Positions 23,155 through 35,390 of a stretch of 64,000 bases of DNA are shown here, piece after piece. The notes beneath the pieces are model-generated. The model ran no database searches, was not told where the DNA came from, and was given only the letters and a program-made list of their open reading frames with translations. Position 1 is the stretch's first letter. Every line of letters begins with the position of its first letter. The DNA is from Lama glama (lineage: Eukaryota). The position numbers were made by a program, and so were the translations under genes. The stretch is from the NCBI GenBank assembly GCA_028534125.1, contig CM052816.1:81470001-81534000 (forward strand). The letters run 5' to 3'.

Positions 23155-25460
23155 CCTATCTGTTCAGTGTTTGTGAGAGAGGAGTGTCGCAGGCTGGGAC
23201 AGGAGTCTGACACACCTGCCCTCGGGATGGGTGTGTGGCGCTGAGGCTGACTGCTGGGGAGAGGGGCATAACCCTTGCCCAGGGGGAACCTGGTCTTTAG
23301 GAAGAGAGCTGGTTCTCATTTTTTCCCCTGGTTCTGAAAGACTATGCAATTAAAACCTTATCTCTAGTATTACTCATTAAAAGGAGTTACTGCTTGGCCC
23401 AGAGTAGAACTGTGGCTGACGTCTGCTGCATACCCTGCAGTAGCTGGTTTACTACTTAGAAAGGGCTTTGGTAAGACGTGCCTGGACTCCACCATCTTCA
23501 GATCTTTTGTGCCAAGGTGATTTATCCAGCCGTGGGGAAATGCAAGTGTCTCTGTCGCGTCTCAGTTGGGAGCAAGCTCAGCTTTACATGATGTGTTTAT
23601 GGCGACTTAAAAGATTCAAATAGAGGTATTAAGATGTGTGGCCTTCATTTCCAAACCGTAGCTTTTTTCCTCTCTTTGTTCTCTTGCCACGCATGTCACC
23701 CATCCTGATGTTTCAGACCATCCTCCCTCCTGTGTGGACTGTGTCACCTCACAGGGTGGGGGGGGCCCGCCCTTTCTTGTGGGCTGACAGCTCCAGGTCT
23801 CCCTGTCTGCTCGTACCACTCGCCACCACTCTCCCTGCTCCCCTACTTCCCGCCTTGGTGCGACCCAGGATCTTGCTGCTAAACCTGTTGGTTAGACTGG
23901 GGGAGTCTCTTTGGTTTGCCCAGAGGAGCTTCTGTTCTTCCAGAGGCGCTCAGCATCTGAAAGCAATCACTTTGCCTTTTTCTAACAGCACACCCGGGCT
24001 TCGGGGCGCTTGTGACCACAGTCCTCTGCAGCAGCCCTCAGCCGGGTTCCCCAGGTCTCTGTCACCTTACAGACTGATGAGTAGGATCACTGTTGAATGT
24101 GACTTTCACAGGGAAGCAGTCAAGCATAAATGTCAGAAGTGATGGTTATCACGTAGTACCTCAGCGATTTAAAAGCCATAGAAGAAACTTGACTCTGCCT
24201 GGTAGCCTTCTTGGATCTGCTGTCTAGATGATATATATTTTTTAAATGCAGGAAAGAACACTTTGTAAGGACCAGTTTTTTTCATTCTCCATGGAACCCT
24301 GTTCAATTCCACAAAAGGAAGGGGGGAAATTATCTCACATTAGAATGTTTCCTATCGAATGTTTGCCTTTTATATACATTTGCTCTCCAGTATCGATCCC
24401 AATTTGATTATTACCTGTTTAGAAAAACTTTCAGTTGCTCAAGGGCAATAAGGAGTTTTGAAACTATTGAGAGAGGAGTTTCTCAGTTTGCACTGAATCA
24501 TCTTGTACACACAGGAGATGGCTTTACCGTCCTCCCACGCCATGTCGTTCCGTGGGCCCTGTTGGTCTGTTAGGACAATGGAGGTTGAGGGAGGGCAGGG
24601 CTCATGCATCTGGGGCCAAACACAGGCCCAGTCTTGGTTGCCTTAAGAGTCTCACCAGTAAGGTCAGTGTTAGGCTCGCAGTAGGGATTTTTGATTTACC
24701 CTAGTTATTGGCTACCTTCACGTACGTCCTGCGGGCCTTCTTAAACTGGCACTAACCTTCACTCCTCTGCCCTACTGCTTCCCAGACACACTATGGAGCT
24801 GACTAGTTTTGTTACCATATTATAACGGGAATACTGATACAGTAGCCTCTTCAGTCTTTAAGATCTTAGTAATTTTCATTCCAAAAATGCCAGGTGTGAT
24901 GCTTTACACTCCATAAAGTAAGGTTTAAAGGCACAAGGTCATGGCCCCTGTCATAGCAGTTGAATGTGTATTGAAATATTTTTCTATGGTTTTTTTTTTA
25001 ATTACAATAGAAAAATAAGCTGTTGTAACATGTTAGGTCATGACCATTTATGTATTTATATTTGAAATCAGATTTCTGTAAACTTGTATTTGTGTACAGG
25101 ATTCTCAGTGGGTTTATATATTGTGACATTTTTATTCAAGATTGAGATGTGGATTATGCTTAACAATAAAAGCTGAAATGAGACCATTTACTTTGTTTAA
25201 ACTGCTGCACTGTGCACGTTTGGAAATGTACATTAATTTGCTGTATATAGTGTCTTGAGTTTGTTTATACCTCCAAGTTTTTACACTGAAGATAAATTAG
25301 CTTTAATTACATACAAAACTTTTTAGGGAATAAGCTGTTGGGCTGAATCTGTATAAATGTGCTTTTTACTTTCTGGATGTACAATGAAACTTATACTTGT
25401 ATCACACTGCATCATATCTGATTGCAGAAATTAAAGCACAATTTATAATACTGTATTCAG
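23155..25460 (+). other. MTMR12: MTMR12 3'UTR (approximate end)
   Basis: No recognisable interspersed repeat after the stop; AU-rich distally; AATAAA at 25165-25170 and ATTAAA at 25430-25435, followed by a GT-rich tract at ~25501-25545. Confidence 0.7.
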
Positions 25461-25545
25461 TGTGGTCGATATGACATGGAATAATTACTTTGATTTACTT
25501 AGTGTGTGTGGTTGGTTGATGTGGTTGGTTGGTTGGTTGGTCGGT
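25430..25545 (+). terminator. Probable distal polyadenylation signal (ATTAAA) with GU-rich downstream element
   Basis: ATTAAA preceded by several TGTA motifs and followed by gtgtgtgtggttggttg... Confidence 0.6.
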
Positions 25546-25968
25546 GATGGGAAACCAGTAACCAAATAGAGATTTAAAATTGCAGGTGGTGATGAAATAC
25601 TATGAAGAAAAATAAAATAGGATAGGAGCCCTATAGGGTGAGTAAAGGGAAAGGGTTTTTTTAAACCCTGAAATTAAATATCAAGTTGGAGATTTTCCTG
25701 ATTTGTTTGTTTAGTGCTTGCTGGATTGAGACCTGTCACTTGTGCATATTGAGAAGTAACATTTCTTTGAAGTTTCCCACCTGCAGCCCTCTCCCTCTCC
25801 GCCAGGACAGCAGAAGGTGTCTCCCTCCGATCCTGTCTGGCCAGGCCCGCCTCCTACATCACAGAGTGGCTCTGAGACCTCCTCCCGGGAACACCATGAG
25901 CCCTCATTGCTACCACATCCTTTCACACGTGAGACGTTCTCTGATACCTGTATTAAATTCCCAGTTAG

Positions 25969-26104
25969 AGGGGTGAGGGTATAGCTCAGAGGTAGAGTAC
26001 ATGCCTAGCATGTACAAAGTTCTGGGTTCAATCCCCAGTACTGCCATCAAATAAATAAATAAACAAACTTAATTACCTCCCCCTGCCAAAAAAAATAATA
26101 ATAG
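25969..26104 (+). mobile_element. tRNA-derived SINE (Vic-1-like), long-tail form
   Basis: GGGTATAGCTCAGAGGTAGAG...GGTTCAATCCCCAGTAC, (AAAT)n, attacctcccc, A tail; near-TSD ttccca(g/t)ttag at 25958-25968 and 26105-26115. Confidence 0.9.
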
Positions 26105-27339
26105 TTCCCATTTAGTAGTCCTGGCCTTCCCTGTAGGTTAGTGGGTTCAGGTCCTGTTTTCCACCTTTGTTAAACTGCTCTTGGGCTTTGGATGGACTCG
26201 GCTGTCTCCCTCTCTGGAGTTCACTTGTTCCTTGGTATCCAAGTCAGGTGAGGTGGGGGAGGGCACTGCGGGGAGGGGAAAAAGTGGGGCATTTTCCATC
26301 CAGTGTGAAACAGGATGGTGGAGGCTGGGGGAGGTGTCTCCTGTGCCTTTGTGGCCCCTCCAGTCCTGAAGGTGAGTCAAGGGGCAGCAGGAACCTGGAC
26401 TAGAGCCTGTTCCCCGAGCCCCTCCCATGGTTGTGGTTGGAGTTGCTCAGAGGAAGGTCTCCGCAGCTGAGCGTAGGCCCCACTGGGCTCTGGAGCATTT
26501 CTGAAGCCTGTGCAGGGGCAGGACAGACGGGGCTGAGCACCCAGGACCCTCTCTGCTGCAGGGACCGGGTCTCTAATGACATGGCCTTCCACATAACAAG
26601 CTTCTTGCAACCTCCCCCAAACACACACATGCACGCACGCTAAACTTCCCTTAATACTAGGTGGGGGGCGGGAGAAGCAAGACCCTGTTTATGCGTGGTT
26701 TCCAGTGTAACCAGGAGTTGTCTGAGGGCTTACACAGGGGATAACCAGGCTGGCCATGGGTAACACAAAGAACTATTCAAATGTCATTTATATATTGAAC
26801 AGGAAGATAATTTGTTAGAGTGCTGGTTCTGCATCTTTAAAAACATAGACATCTTAACCTATTTTGTGATTCAGGCCCAAGTTCTTCTAAATTCTTTTCT
26901 TTTTAATCCTCCTACTACACTGTCTGCCTTTAGCAGTTTAAAGAGATGAAGTGCATAATTACATGGGCATATATACAGTAAGCTTTTGGCTTTCTTTTTA
27001 AAACAACTTTCCAGGTTTGCTAGCCAGTCCAGTTTTTGTTAACAGTTACTTTTTAAACATTTAGATTTGCATATTAATTTTATGAAAAGCTGTGTGGCTT
27101 TTAATTTCTTTTCTTTAGTCTTGAATGGAGGACTTTTCAAACGGTCAGCTTCACAGAGGGTTAGGATGAGTGCAATGCTTGCTTATCCCCAGCGCTGAAA
27201 GGGCAGAGCGTGGGCCACTCCTGGGCTGGGGAGGAACGCAGATGGGCCGCATTTTATCCCTTAGATTGACCTGCGGACCTCAGCTTGGAATGCACTGCGG
27301 TGCCTCAGGGGGAGTTGAACACAGGCCAGCCCAAACTAC

Positions 27340-27815
27340 CCAGGGTGGAAAACAGTAGATTGGAGTGACCAGTGAAGGAGTGGGTGGCGGGGATGGGCTG
27401 GGAAAGGGGTGTGAGCACGTGTTCTGGAATGATGGTAGGTAGCATTCTACATCTTGAGAAGTGTTGAGGTTATACAAGTGTATGCCAAGACTCAGTGGAA
27501 GTACATTTAAGATGTGTTTCACTGTATTAAAATTTTACATTAAAAGAAAACTAAACAAGTTTTGAACTCTGATGATGCTGCCACCAAATTATTTAGGGGG
27601 AAATGCACTGTCGCCTGCATTTTACTTTGAACGGCACCAACGATAAGATGGATTAATGGACGGACAGAAGGATGGACATGGCTAGATATGAGAGAAAAGG
27701 AGTGTTAGCAAAAAACCAGTGACGTGAGTCAGAGCCGGGCTTGTGGGGCTTCAGGTATCCACAAAATTCCAGTTTACTATGAAAGTTTCCATAATAAAAA
27801 GTCGGGAAAAAAATT
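27340..27815 (+). mobile_element. Old L1M 3' end
   Basis: Degenerate L1MC/ME-type 3'UTR motifs ending ttccataataaaaag. Confidence 0.5.
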
Positions 27816-28669
27816 TAAATAAATCCTTCAATAATTGATTCTAAACACGGGCAACATGTTTGTGGGAGGATATCAGTCCTTTATGGGAGAGGAGAAACCC
27901 TATCCTTATCAAATGACCTGGCCACCGGGAAGATGTAATAGAACTTGGGGAAGGAAGCAGGATGTTCATGTGCCCCTCTTTTCTGTTTCCATTATCTCTC
28001 TGCACCATTGTTTTCTGCTACCTGGATCATTATTATAAACTCCTTTCTCTCGGCTTTTGGCCCCTTCTCTCCTACTGCTGGTGAATCTTCCCAGTGACTG
28101 TATGATTTTTTTTCTTTTCTTTTCTTTTTTGGCTTGAAAACATGTAATGGAGGTATCCATTAGAACTCTGGGTTGCAGTATCTTGAGCCAAAAAGAGGGA
28201 CTGTGTGTGTCTGAAGGTCCAGATCAGAGACACTGTGGGGTCTCAGGACCCGTAGCCATTGTTGTACTCTTTTCTAAATGTTCTTTGAGGCTCTTGCTCT
28301 GCACACCAGCTTCCTCGTCTTTCCAGTCGATGAAGTGGGATGAAACTCCCACAGCAACTCTATTTTCAAGAGACGGGTGAGAGTAAAGCTGGTATCTTGG
28401 TCCTGTTGCAAATCCTGGAGAAGAGAGTCTGGGCCCGCCCACCAGCTGCGGGGCGGAGTCCTGGCCGGTGGGGGCCTCGGGCCACGCCCACTAGCGCTGC
28501 GGGTGCCGGGTGCGTGCCTCCCAGCACACTCTTGGACCGCTACTGACTGCTCACTTGTAGTGATACTGTCATCTTTCTCTGTCAGATTCTCAGATTTTCT
28601 AACATTACGAATGTCATATTTCTGAATTTCTCGAAATTAACGGCACTGGCCCCTGTTAGGGGCTGTCGA

Positions 28670-28905
28670 GTGTGATGGTTAAGGAGCAGGCTTCTAGAGC
28701 AAGACTGCCTGAGGCTGAACCCCTAATTTGCAACTTACAACCTGTGGGACTTGGGCGAGGGAGTTAGCATCCCTCCATCTGTTTCCTCACCTGCAAAACG
28801 GCAACAGTCGCAGAACCCACCTTATTGAGGCGTTAAAGTGTTAAAGATGAGTTCCTTTTAAGTGTCTGTCACATAGTAGATCTCAGTAAATGTTAGCTAT
28901 TATTA
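28670..28905 (+). mobile_element. MIR
   Basis: ggttaaggagcaggcttctagagcaagactgcctg...tgtttcctcacctgcaaaacgg...cagtaaatgttagctattatt. Confidence 0.75.
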
Positions 28906-28935
28906 CATTGTATGTTCATTTCAATACTTTATGGA

Positions 28936-29031
28936 GGGGGTAGTATAGGTCAGTGGTAGACCACATGCGTAGCATGCATGAGGTCCTGGGTTCAATCCCC
29001 AGTTCCTCTATTAAAAATAATATAGTAGATA
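28936..29031 (+). mobile_element. tRNA-derived SINE (Vic-1-like), short form
   Basis: A and B boxes; perfect 13-bp TSD AATACTTTATGGA at 28923-28935 and 29032-29044. Confidence 0.9.
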
Positions 29032-29052
29032 AATACTTTATGGAAGCAGGGG

Positions 29053-29074
29053 TGTGTGTGTGTGTGTGTGTGTG
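29053..29074. repeat. (GT)n microsatellite
   Basis: Direct reading. Confidence 0.9.
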
Positions 29075-32065
29075 AATTAACTTTAATCTCTTCTCTAGGA
29101 GCAGTTAGCATTTGAAAATACCCTAAACAGGAATGCAAGTTCTGAAGGTAGCTACATAAATACTTCAAATGTTTTCAAAATCTACTTCAGAGGGTTTGTT
29201 GAGCATCTTCCAATGGTGAAGTGTGTAGGTACTTGGGATATGTGGTTATGTGTGTGGTTGGCTGGAAATACCATAGAGGCCCCATCCTCAGACCTACAGG
29301 ATAAAAATACCCATCAGTCCCAGCAGGGTAAACTCCTTGAAACAGAGCATGAGGTCTAAAAACCCCATCAGTCCAATGACCGCCACATCACCTGATAGAC
29401 AGGGTGAGCCGGCTCTGCTGTTTCGTTGCATCTATTTTGGAAATGAAAAGATACTTCATGCGAGGCCCTAAGTAAAGGCCTGAGGACAGAGAGAGGGGCT
29501 TCCCCACAACTGAAGAACAGGAAATATGATTATTCTGTGCTGTTGATAAATGTTCACACATCTGGTAGACTTGGTCCAAGACAGGCTTTTACTGTAAAAT
29601 TCCATCTGCTAAGAAGCTTGTGGTGGTGGTGTCAGGGAACCCCCGCCAACCTCTGGTTTCCAGAAGCTACTGACTTACTGGAAGAACATCACAATCGCCA
29701 AAAGGCCAGATTTCCTTAGATCAGGTCATGACATCAATGCAATCATCATACAGAGTGAGATTTACCAGATATTCAGCCATGGTTGTCTCTGAGGGCCTCC
29801 TGCCTTGTTCCTTAGGGTTGTGTGGGAGTCTTAGGGTCTGTCTGTGGTCTTTGGTCTTTGGTCTTTGGATTCACTCAGTAGCTGACTCTGAGACCAAGGT
29901 TTGGGTGCAAGTAGTTATTTGGCAGGTGATCCCGGGCAACACTGGGGAAGAATAGGGAATCAGGACAAGAAAGTTACTGCTATGAGCAACGGGGCTCAAC
30001 CCTGCTGGGGACCTTGTGAGCAACCATATGAATTTGGGGGGTGGTGTTGGTTACACCCCCATCTCTTCATCTTTCCTTTCTCACTCAGTGTTTTCTTATG
30101 GAAATTCCTCTAACTTAGGTGGTAGAATCCCTTTAGAACAGCTGCTCAGAGAGCATCATAAAGGGCTTTGTAACAAGCCGATTCCCCACTAACCCTTCCA
30201 GCTCTCTCTTCCCTCAAGATAAATTCCTTGATTCTTCCCCACATTCCAAATGTAAGCCTACCTGTGCCTCTCTTCTTTACAAAGGGGTACTATTTCTGCA
30301 TAACCTCAGAGCCTGTGGCCATTTCTAATTGCCCTTCCTACCTCTACTGTCCCGCCTTGGAGCTTCTGGTTACCAGGCCTAATTTCCCAGAATTCTTGAA
30401 GATTTGGACCCACCCTGTCCTTTGCCTCACAGGAAATGGCAAAATTAACTGGATGATTATATGATTCAATCCTTACTGTAAATTAGAACATTATATTTCA
30501 TTAAGGAAAAATCAAATAAAAGTAATTGCAGCATTTTCAATTCCCAGAGGACCTCTGCATTCATCATCCAGTTTCAAGGACCCCTGCCAACCTTTTGAAG
30601 TGCAGTAACATTCTCAAATGTCCAGTACCACCCCCAAATCCTCCAAGCTGCAAAACTCTAGGAAAGGACAGTAAGAAATCAGGAAATAAATGTTTTGTTA
30701 TTTTTTTTTAAATAAGCCAAAGCCAAGAAATTAAACAGCCTGTGTTTATAGTAGGTGGCGGGAAAAACGTAAGGTAACACATGCCATTTCCTGCCTTTGC
30801 CCAACCAGTTTGATGTATAGTTCCACTGTGTGAGCAGATTCAAAACTTGTCGGTTTTCTGCGCAATAACATAGCACATGCCAGGGAATAAGGGCTCTGTG
30901 TGTTGGAGGCACAAGGGGAACTTATCCTGGACTGACTCAGGCAGAAAGGAGCCAAGCTGCCAAGACAAAGGGCCGCTTAGACACATGAATTCCAACATGA
31001 CACTCATGGCTGCTCAGGACAGCCATCCAGCCCTCTTCGTGGATCCCAACGACCTACATTTTTGGGTACCCCTCTCCTTAGACCAGGTGGTTGAGAGTAT
31101 TCGTGACTCAAAGAGAGAACAGGCTGGGTAGAAGGAAGCTGCCCTTCAGTTGAGAGTTTATTTTTCTTTTTTGGTGGGTGGGGGAGTAACAGCTTTACTG
31201 AGATGTAATTCGCATATCCTCCAACTCACCCATTTAAGGGGTACACGTCAATGGTTTTTAATATATTCACAGTTGTGCAACCATCACCACAATCAATTAT
31301 GGAACATTTTCATCACCTCTAAAAGAAACCCATATACTTAGCTGTCATTACTCAACCCCCATGTTACCCCAGGCTTAGGCAACCACTAATCTGTCTCTAT
31401 GTATTTCCTTATTCTGAACATTTCATATAAACAGAATCATGTACGAGGGCTTCTGTGATCAGCTTCTTCCGTTTAGCATAATGTTTTCAAGGTTCGTCAC
31501 CATATATAGCAGGATCAGAACTCCATTCCCTTGTATATCCTAATAATAATCCCTTGTGCCATATTTGGTTTATCTGTTCCTGAATTTGGGCATCTGGGTT
31601 GTTCCACATCTTGGCTATTATGAATAATGCTGTTAGGAACATTTGTGTGCAAGTTTTTGTGTGGACATATGTTTTTATTTTTCTTGGGTATGTATCTAGG
31701 AGTGCAATGTCTGGGTCAAATAGTCTGTTTAACTTCTTGAGGAACTGCCAGACTGTATTCCAGAGTGGCTGCAGTGTTTTATATTCCTATCAGCAATGTA
31801 TGAGGATTGCAATTTCTCCGTATCTTACCAGCACTGGTTATTATCTGACTTTTTGATTCTAGTCATCCTAGTGGATGTGAATTGGTATTCATTTGTTGTT
31901 GTTGTTGTACTTTTAAATTTGCATTTCCTTGATGACTGACTAATGATGTTGAGCATCTTTTCATGGGCTTGTTGGCCATTTATCTATCTTCCTTGGAGTT
32001 GGAGAAATGTCTGTTCAGATCCTTTGTTCATTTTTTAATTGTGTGGTCCTTTTGAGTTAAGAGTT

Positions 32066-32190
32066 CCTTAAAAAAATGATTTTATTTTATTTAAAAAAAA
32101 TTTTTCCCCTTAACAGAGACACTGGGGATCGAACCTAGGACCCCATGCATGCCAAGTATGTGCTCTACTACCGAGCTATACCCCCCACGC
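32066..32190 (-). mobile_element. tRNA-derived SINE (Vic-1-like)
   Basis: ctggggatcgaacctaggacc...ctctactaccgagctataccc; TSD tgagtta(a/g)gagtt at 32053-32065 and 32191-32203. Confidence 0.85.
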
Positions 32191-32247
32191 TGAGTTAGGA
32201 GTTTTATTATATTCTAGATAAAAGTCCCTTATCAGACATATGATTTG

Positions 32248-33655
32248 GTACTGACACAAAAACAGACATGTAGATCAATGGAACAGAATAGAGAGCCCAG
32301 AAATAAACGCGCACTTATATGATCAATTAATTTATGACAAAGGAGCTGAAACTATACAGTGGGGAAAAGATAGACTCTTTAACAAATAGTGTTGGGGAAA
32401 CTGAACCACTTTCTTACACCATATATGAAAATAAACTCAAAATGGATTAAATACTTAAATGTAAGACCTGAAACCGTAAAACTAGAAAAAAACAGACAGT
32501 ATGCTCTTTGACATTTGTCTTAGCAATATTTTTTTGGATCTGTCCCCTCAGATAAGGGCAACAAAAGCAAAGATAAGCAAATGGGACTACATCAAACTAA
32601 AAAGTTTTTGTGCAGTGAAGAAAACCATCAACAAAATGAAAGGGCAACCTACTGAATGGGAGAAGATATTTGCAAATGATATATCCAATAAGGGGTTAAT
32701 ATCTAACATATATAAAGAACTCACACATCTCAACATAAAAAAAAATTCAATTAAAAAATGAGCAGAGAAAATGAATAGACATTTTCCCAAGGAAGACATA
32801 CAGACTCATGAAAAGATGCTCAACATCACTAATCATCAGGGAAATGCACATCAGAACCACAATGAGCTATCACCACACACCAGTCAGAATGGCTATCATC
32901 AAAAAGACAAAAAATAACAAGTGTTGGTGAGGACGTGGAGAGAAGGGAACACTTGTACATTGTTGATGGGAATGTAAATTGATGCAGCCACTATGGAAAA
33001 CAGCATGGAGTTTCCTCAAAAGATTAAAAATAGAACTACCATATGATCCAGCAACTCCACTTTTGGGTATTTACCCAAAGAAAAACTGACACTCTGGGTA
33101 TTCTACTTATGGGTATCAATTTGAAAAGATATATTAACCCCAGTGTTCATAGCAGCATTATTTACAATAGCCTAGATATGGAAGCAATCTAAGTGTCGAC
33201 TGACAGATGAATGGATACATGCAATGGAGTATTATTCAATCATAAAGAATGAAATCTTGCTGTTTGCAACAATGTGGATGGACTTAGAGGGTATTATGCT
33301 AAGTGAAATAAATCAGAGAAAGACAGATACCATATAATTTCACTTATATGTGGAATCTAAAAAACAAAACAGAAAGAGACTCACAGATAAATAGAACTAG
33401 TGCCCATCACAGGGGGTGGGGGAATGGGCAAAATGGGTGAAAGGGATTAAGTGAAACAAACTTCCAGTTATAAAATAAGTCACAGGGATGTCATGTACAG
33501 CATAGTCAATAATCTTGTAATAACTTTGGTGACAGATGATTACCAGACTTATCATGGGTGATCAATTCATAATGTATATAAATGTCAATCACTATGTTGT
33601 ATATCTGAAATGAATATAATATTGTATGCCAACTATACTTCAATAAAAAAATTGT
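32248..33655 (+). mobile_element. 5'-truncated L1 (ORF2 C-terminal part, 3'UTR, poly(A))
   Basis: ORF 32501-32761 gives the L1 ORF2 motif [36 protein letters not shown]; ends caataaaaaaa. Confidence 0.92.
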
Positions 33656-34699
33656 AAAAGAATTCTTTATATATTCTAGATACAAGTCTCTTATCAGACA
33701 TACGATTTGCAAATATTTCCTCCCATTCTGTGGGTTAGTTTTTCACCTTGTGTCTTTGTAAAACAAAAGCTTAATTTTGATGAAGTCCAACTTACTTTTT
33801 TCTTTTGTTGCTTGTGCTTAGGATATTATATATAAGAATTCATTGCCAAATCCAAGGTCATAAAGATTTACCCTTGTGTTTTCTTATAAGAGTTTTACAG
33901 TTTTAGCTCTTATAATTTGGATCCTTGATCCATCTGAGTTAAATTTTGCATATGGTGTGAGGCAAGTGTCCAACTTCATTGTATCTCATGGTATCTATGC
34001 AAGATTCTTTTTGAAGCTTCTTTTTCCATCCTGGCTGCTGGTGGTTGAGATTGTTTTTTTTGTTTGTTTGTTTGTTTGTTTTTAGTGGAAGGGGTTTTCT
34101 TTGCATTATATATAATTTTCCTGTTTCTTTAGTTGAGGTTCCTTATAATTAGAGGCATCCAATAGGACACAGAAGTGGTGTGCCTGGAGGTTGTAACCCC
34201 ACTTTAATCCTGACCCAGTAGATACGTGTTGAAGACACTAACTCGGGAGATGAATTTTGCTACTTGGTCTTAGGTTCGTTATGCTGTTATAAAAGATTGG
34301 CTTTGTTATTTGTGAATGGAGCCATCACCAGAGATTAAATGGACAGTTTTATTAATAGACACGATAGGAAGGAAAATCTTCCCTAGCTCTGCTGATCTAA
34401 CTCAGCCTCGTTCGGGGAGGTTGTGGCTCCTGGTCCTCACTCGCATTCACCCCATGCCTTTTCTCCACCAGCTAGCTAAACATGAGTCATCTTTGCTAGT
34501 TTTCACTGTCCCACCTCACACTCACTTCTCAGTTCACCCCAAACATCCAAGCCTGTTAGTTAGCCTGTTAGTTGAAGAGCCCACCAAACCCAAAGGATAC
34601 TTTTGGTTTCTCATCTTGTCTAGCAGTAGGAGTGAGTGTGACAAGTCAAGAAGAAGGGAAAAATGGACATTGGGAAGGTGGCTGTCAACTGACTCCCCG

Positions 34700-35390
34700 A
34701 ATGTCAGCTCTATGGGCCACGTCCTCCTTGAATAGGTCTCTTCTCTTGGGTTCCATGATACTGTACTTGCCTAGTTTTCTTCCTACCCACTTGGCTGCTC
34801 CATCTTAGTCTCCTTGACAGATATTTTTTCTTCTACCCTCCTTAGGTCTCTTCTCACCCATAACCCTCTTCCTGAGTGATATTTATTCCTGTGGCTTCAA
34901 TCACCTTGTGGACACTAATGACTACCAAATCCTTATCTCCTGCCTATACTCCAAATGTTTATCTCCTGCTTCGATCCAAATATCCAGACTTGAATGTCTC
35001 CAAAGCACTGCAGACTCAACATGTCAAAATTAGACTCATTTTGTTCCCTTCTAACTTGCTTCTTCTTCAGAATTGTGTCTTCATAAAAGGGCTGTACCAT
35101 TCACTTAATTGCCCAAGTGAGAAATGTGGGAGTTGTTCTAGATGTCTTGTTTTCCTTTATTCACTGACCCTAATTAACTGCAAGGCCCATTGAGCCTACC
35201 ACTGCATGTCTTCTGAGTCTGTCCCCACTGTCACCACCCTGGTCTTAACCAGCTTGGGCAGTCACCTGGCCTCCTCCATCAGTGTCTCCGATCTTATCTT
35301 TCTACATGTTTACCTTCAATCTGATCCCCACTCTGCAGTCATAGTCTTTCCAAAATATCAACCAGATCAGGTCATTTATTTCTCATGAAT
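34700..35390 (+). mobile_element. L2 fragment
   Basis: cttgaatgtctc...ctcaacatgtcaaaattagactc and related L2 ORF2-tail motifs. Confidence 0.6.

Larger units (their letters stand above)
31185..33985 (-). mobile_element. Old L1M (antisense) interrupted by a SINE and a younger sense L1
   Basis: Antisense L1 3'UTR/ORF2 motifs at 31185-32247 resume colinearly at ~33660-33985. Confidence 0.8.

Noticed and set aside
22702..23213. Antisense ORFs over the MTMR12 last exon
   Set aside because: Typical antisense shadows of a coding exon
23636..24142. 168-aa ORF after the MTMR12 stop
   Set aside because: Non-ATG start, lies in the 3'UTR, no recognisable homology
25969..26045. Possible tRNA-Ala gene
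   Set aside because: Has a SINE tail, TSD and several diverged copies in the window, so it is a SINE head rather than a tRNA
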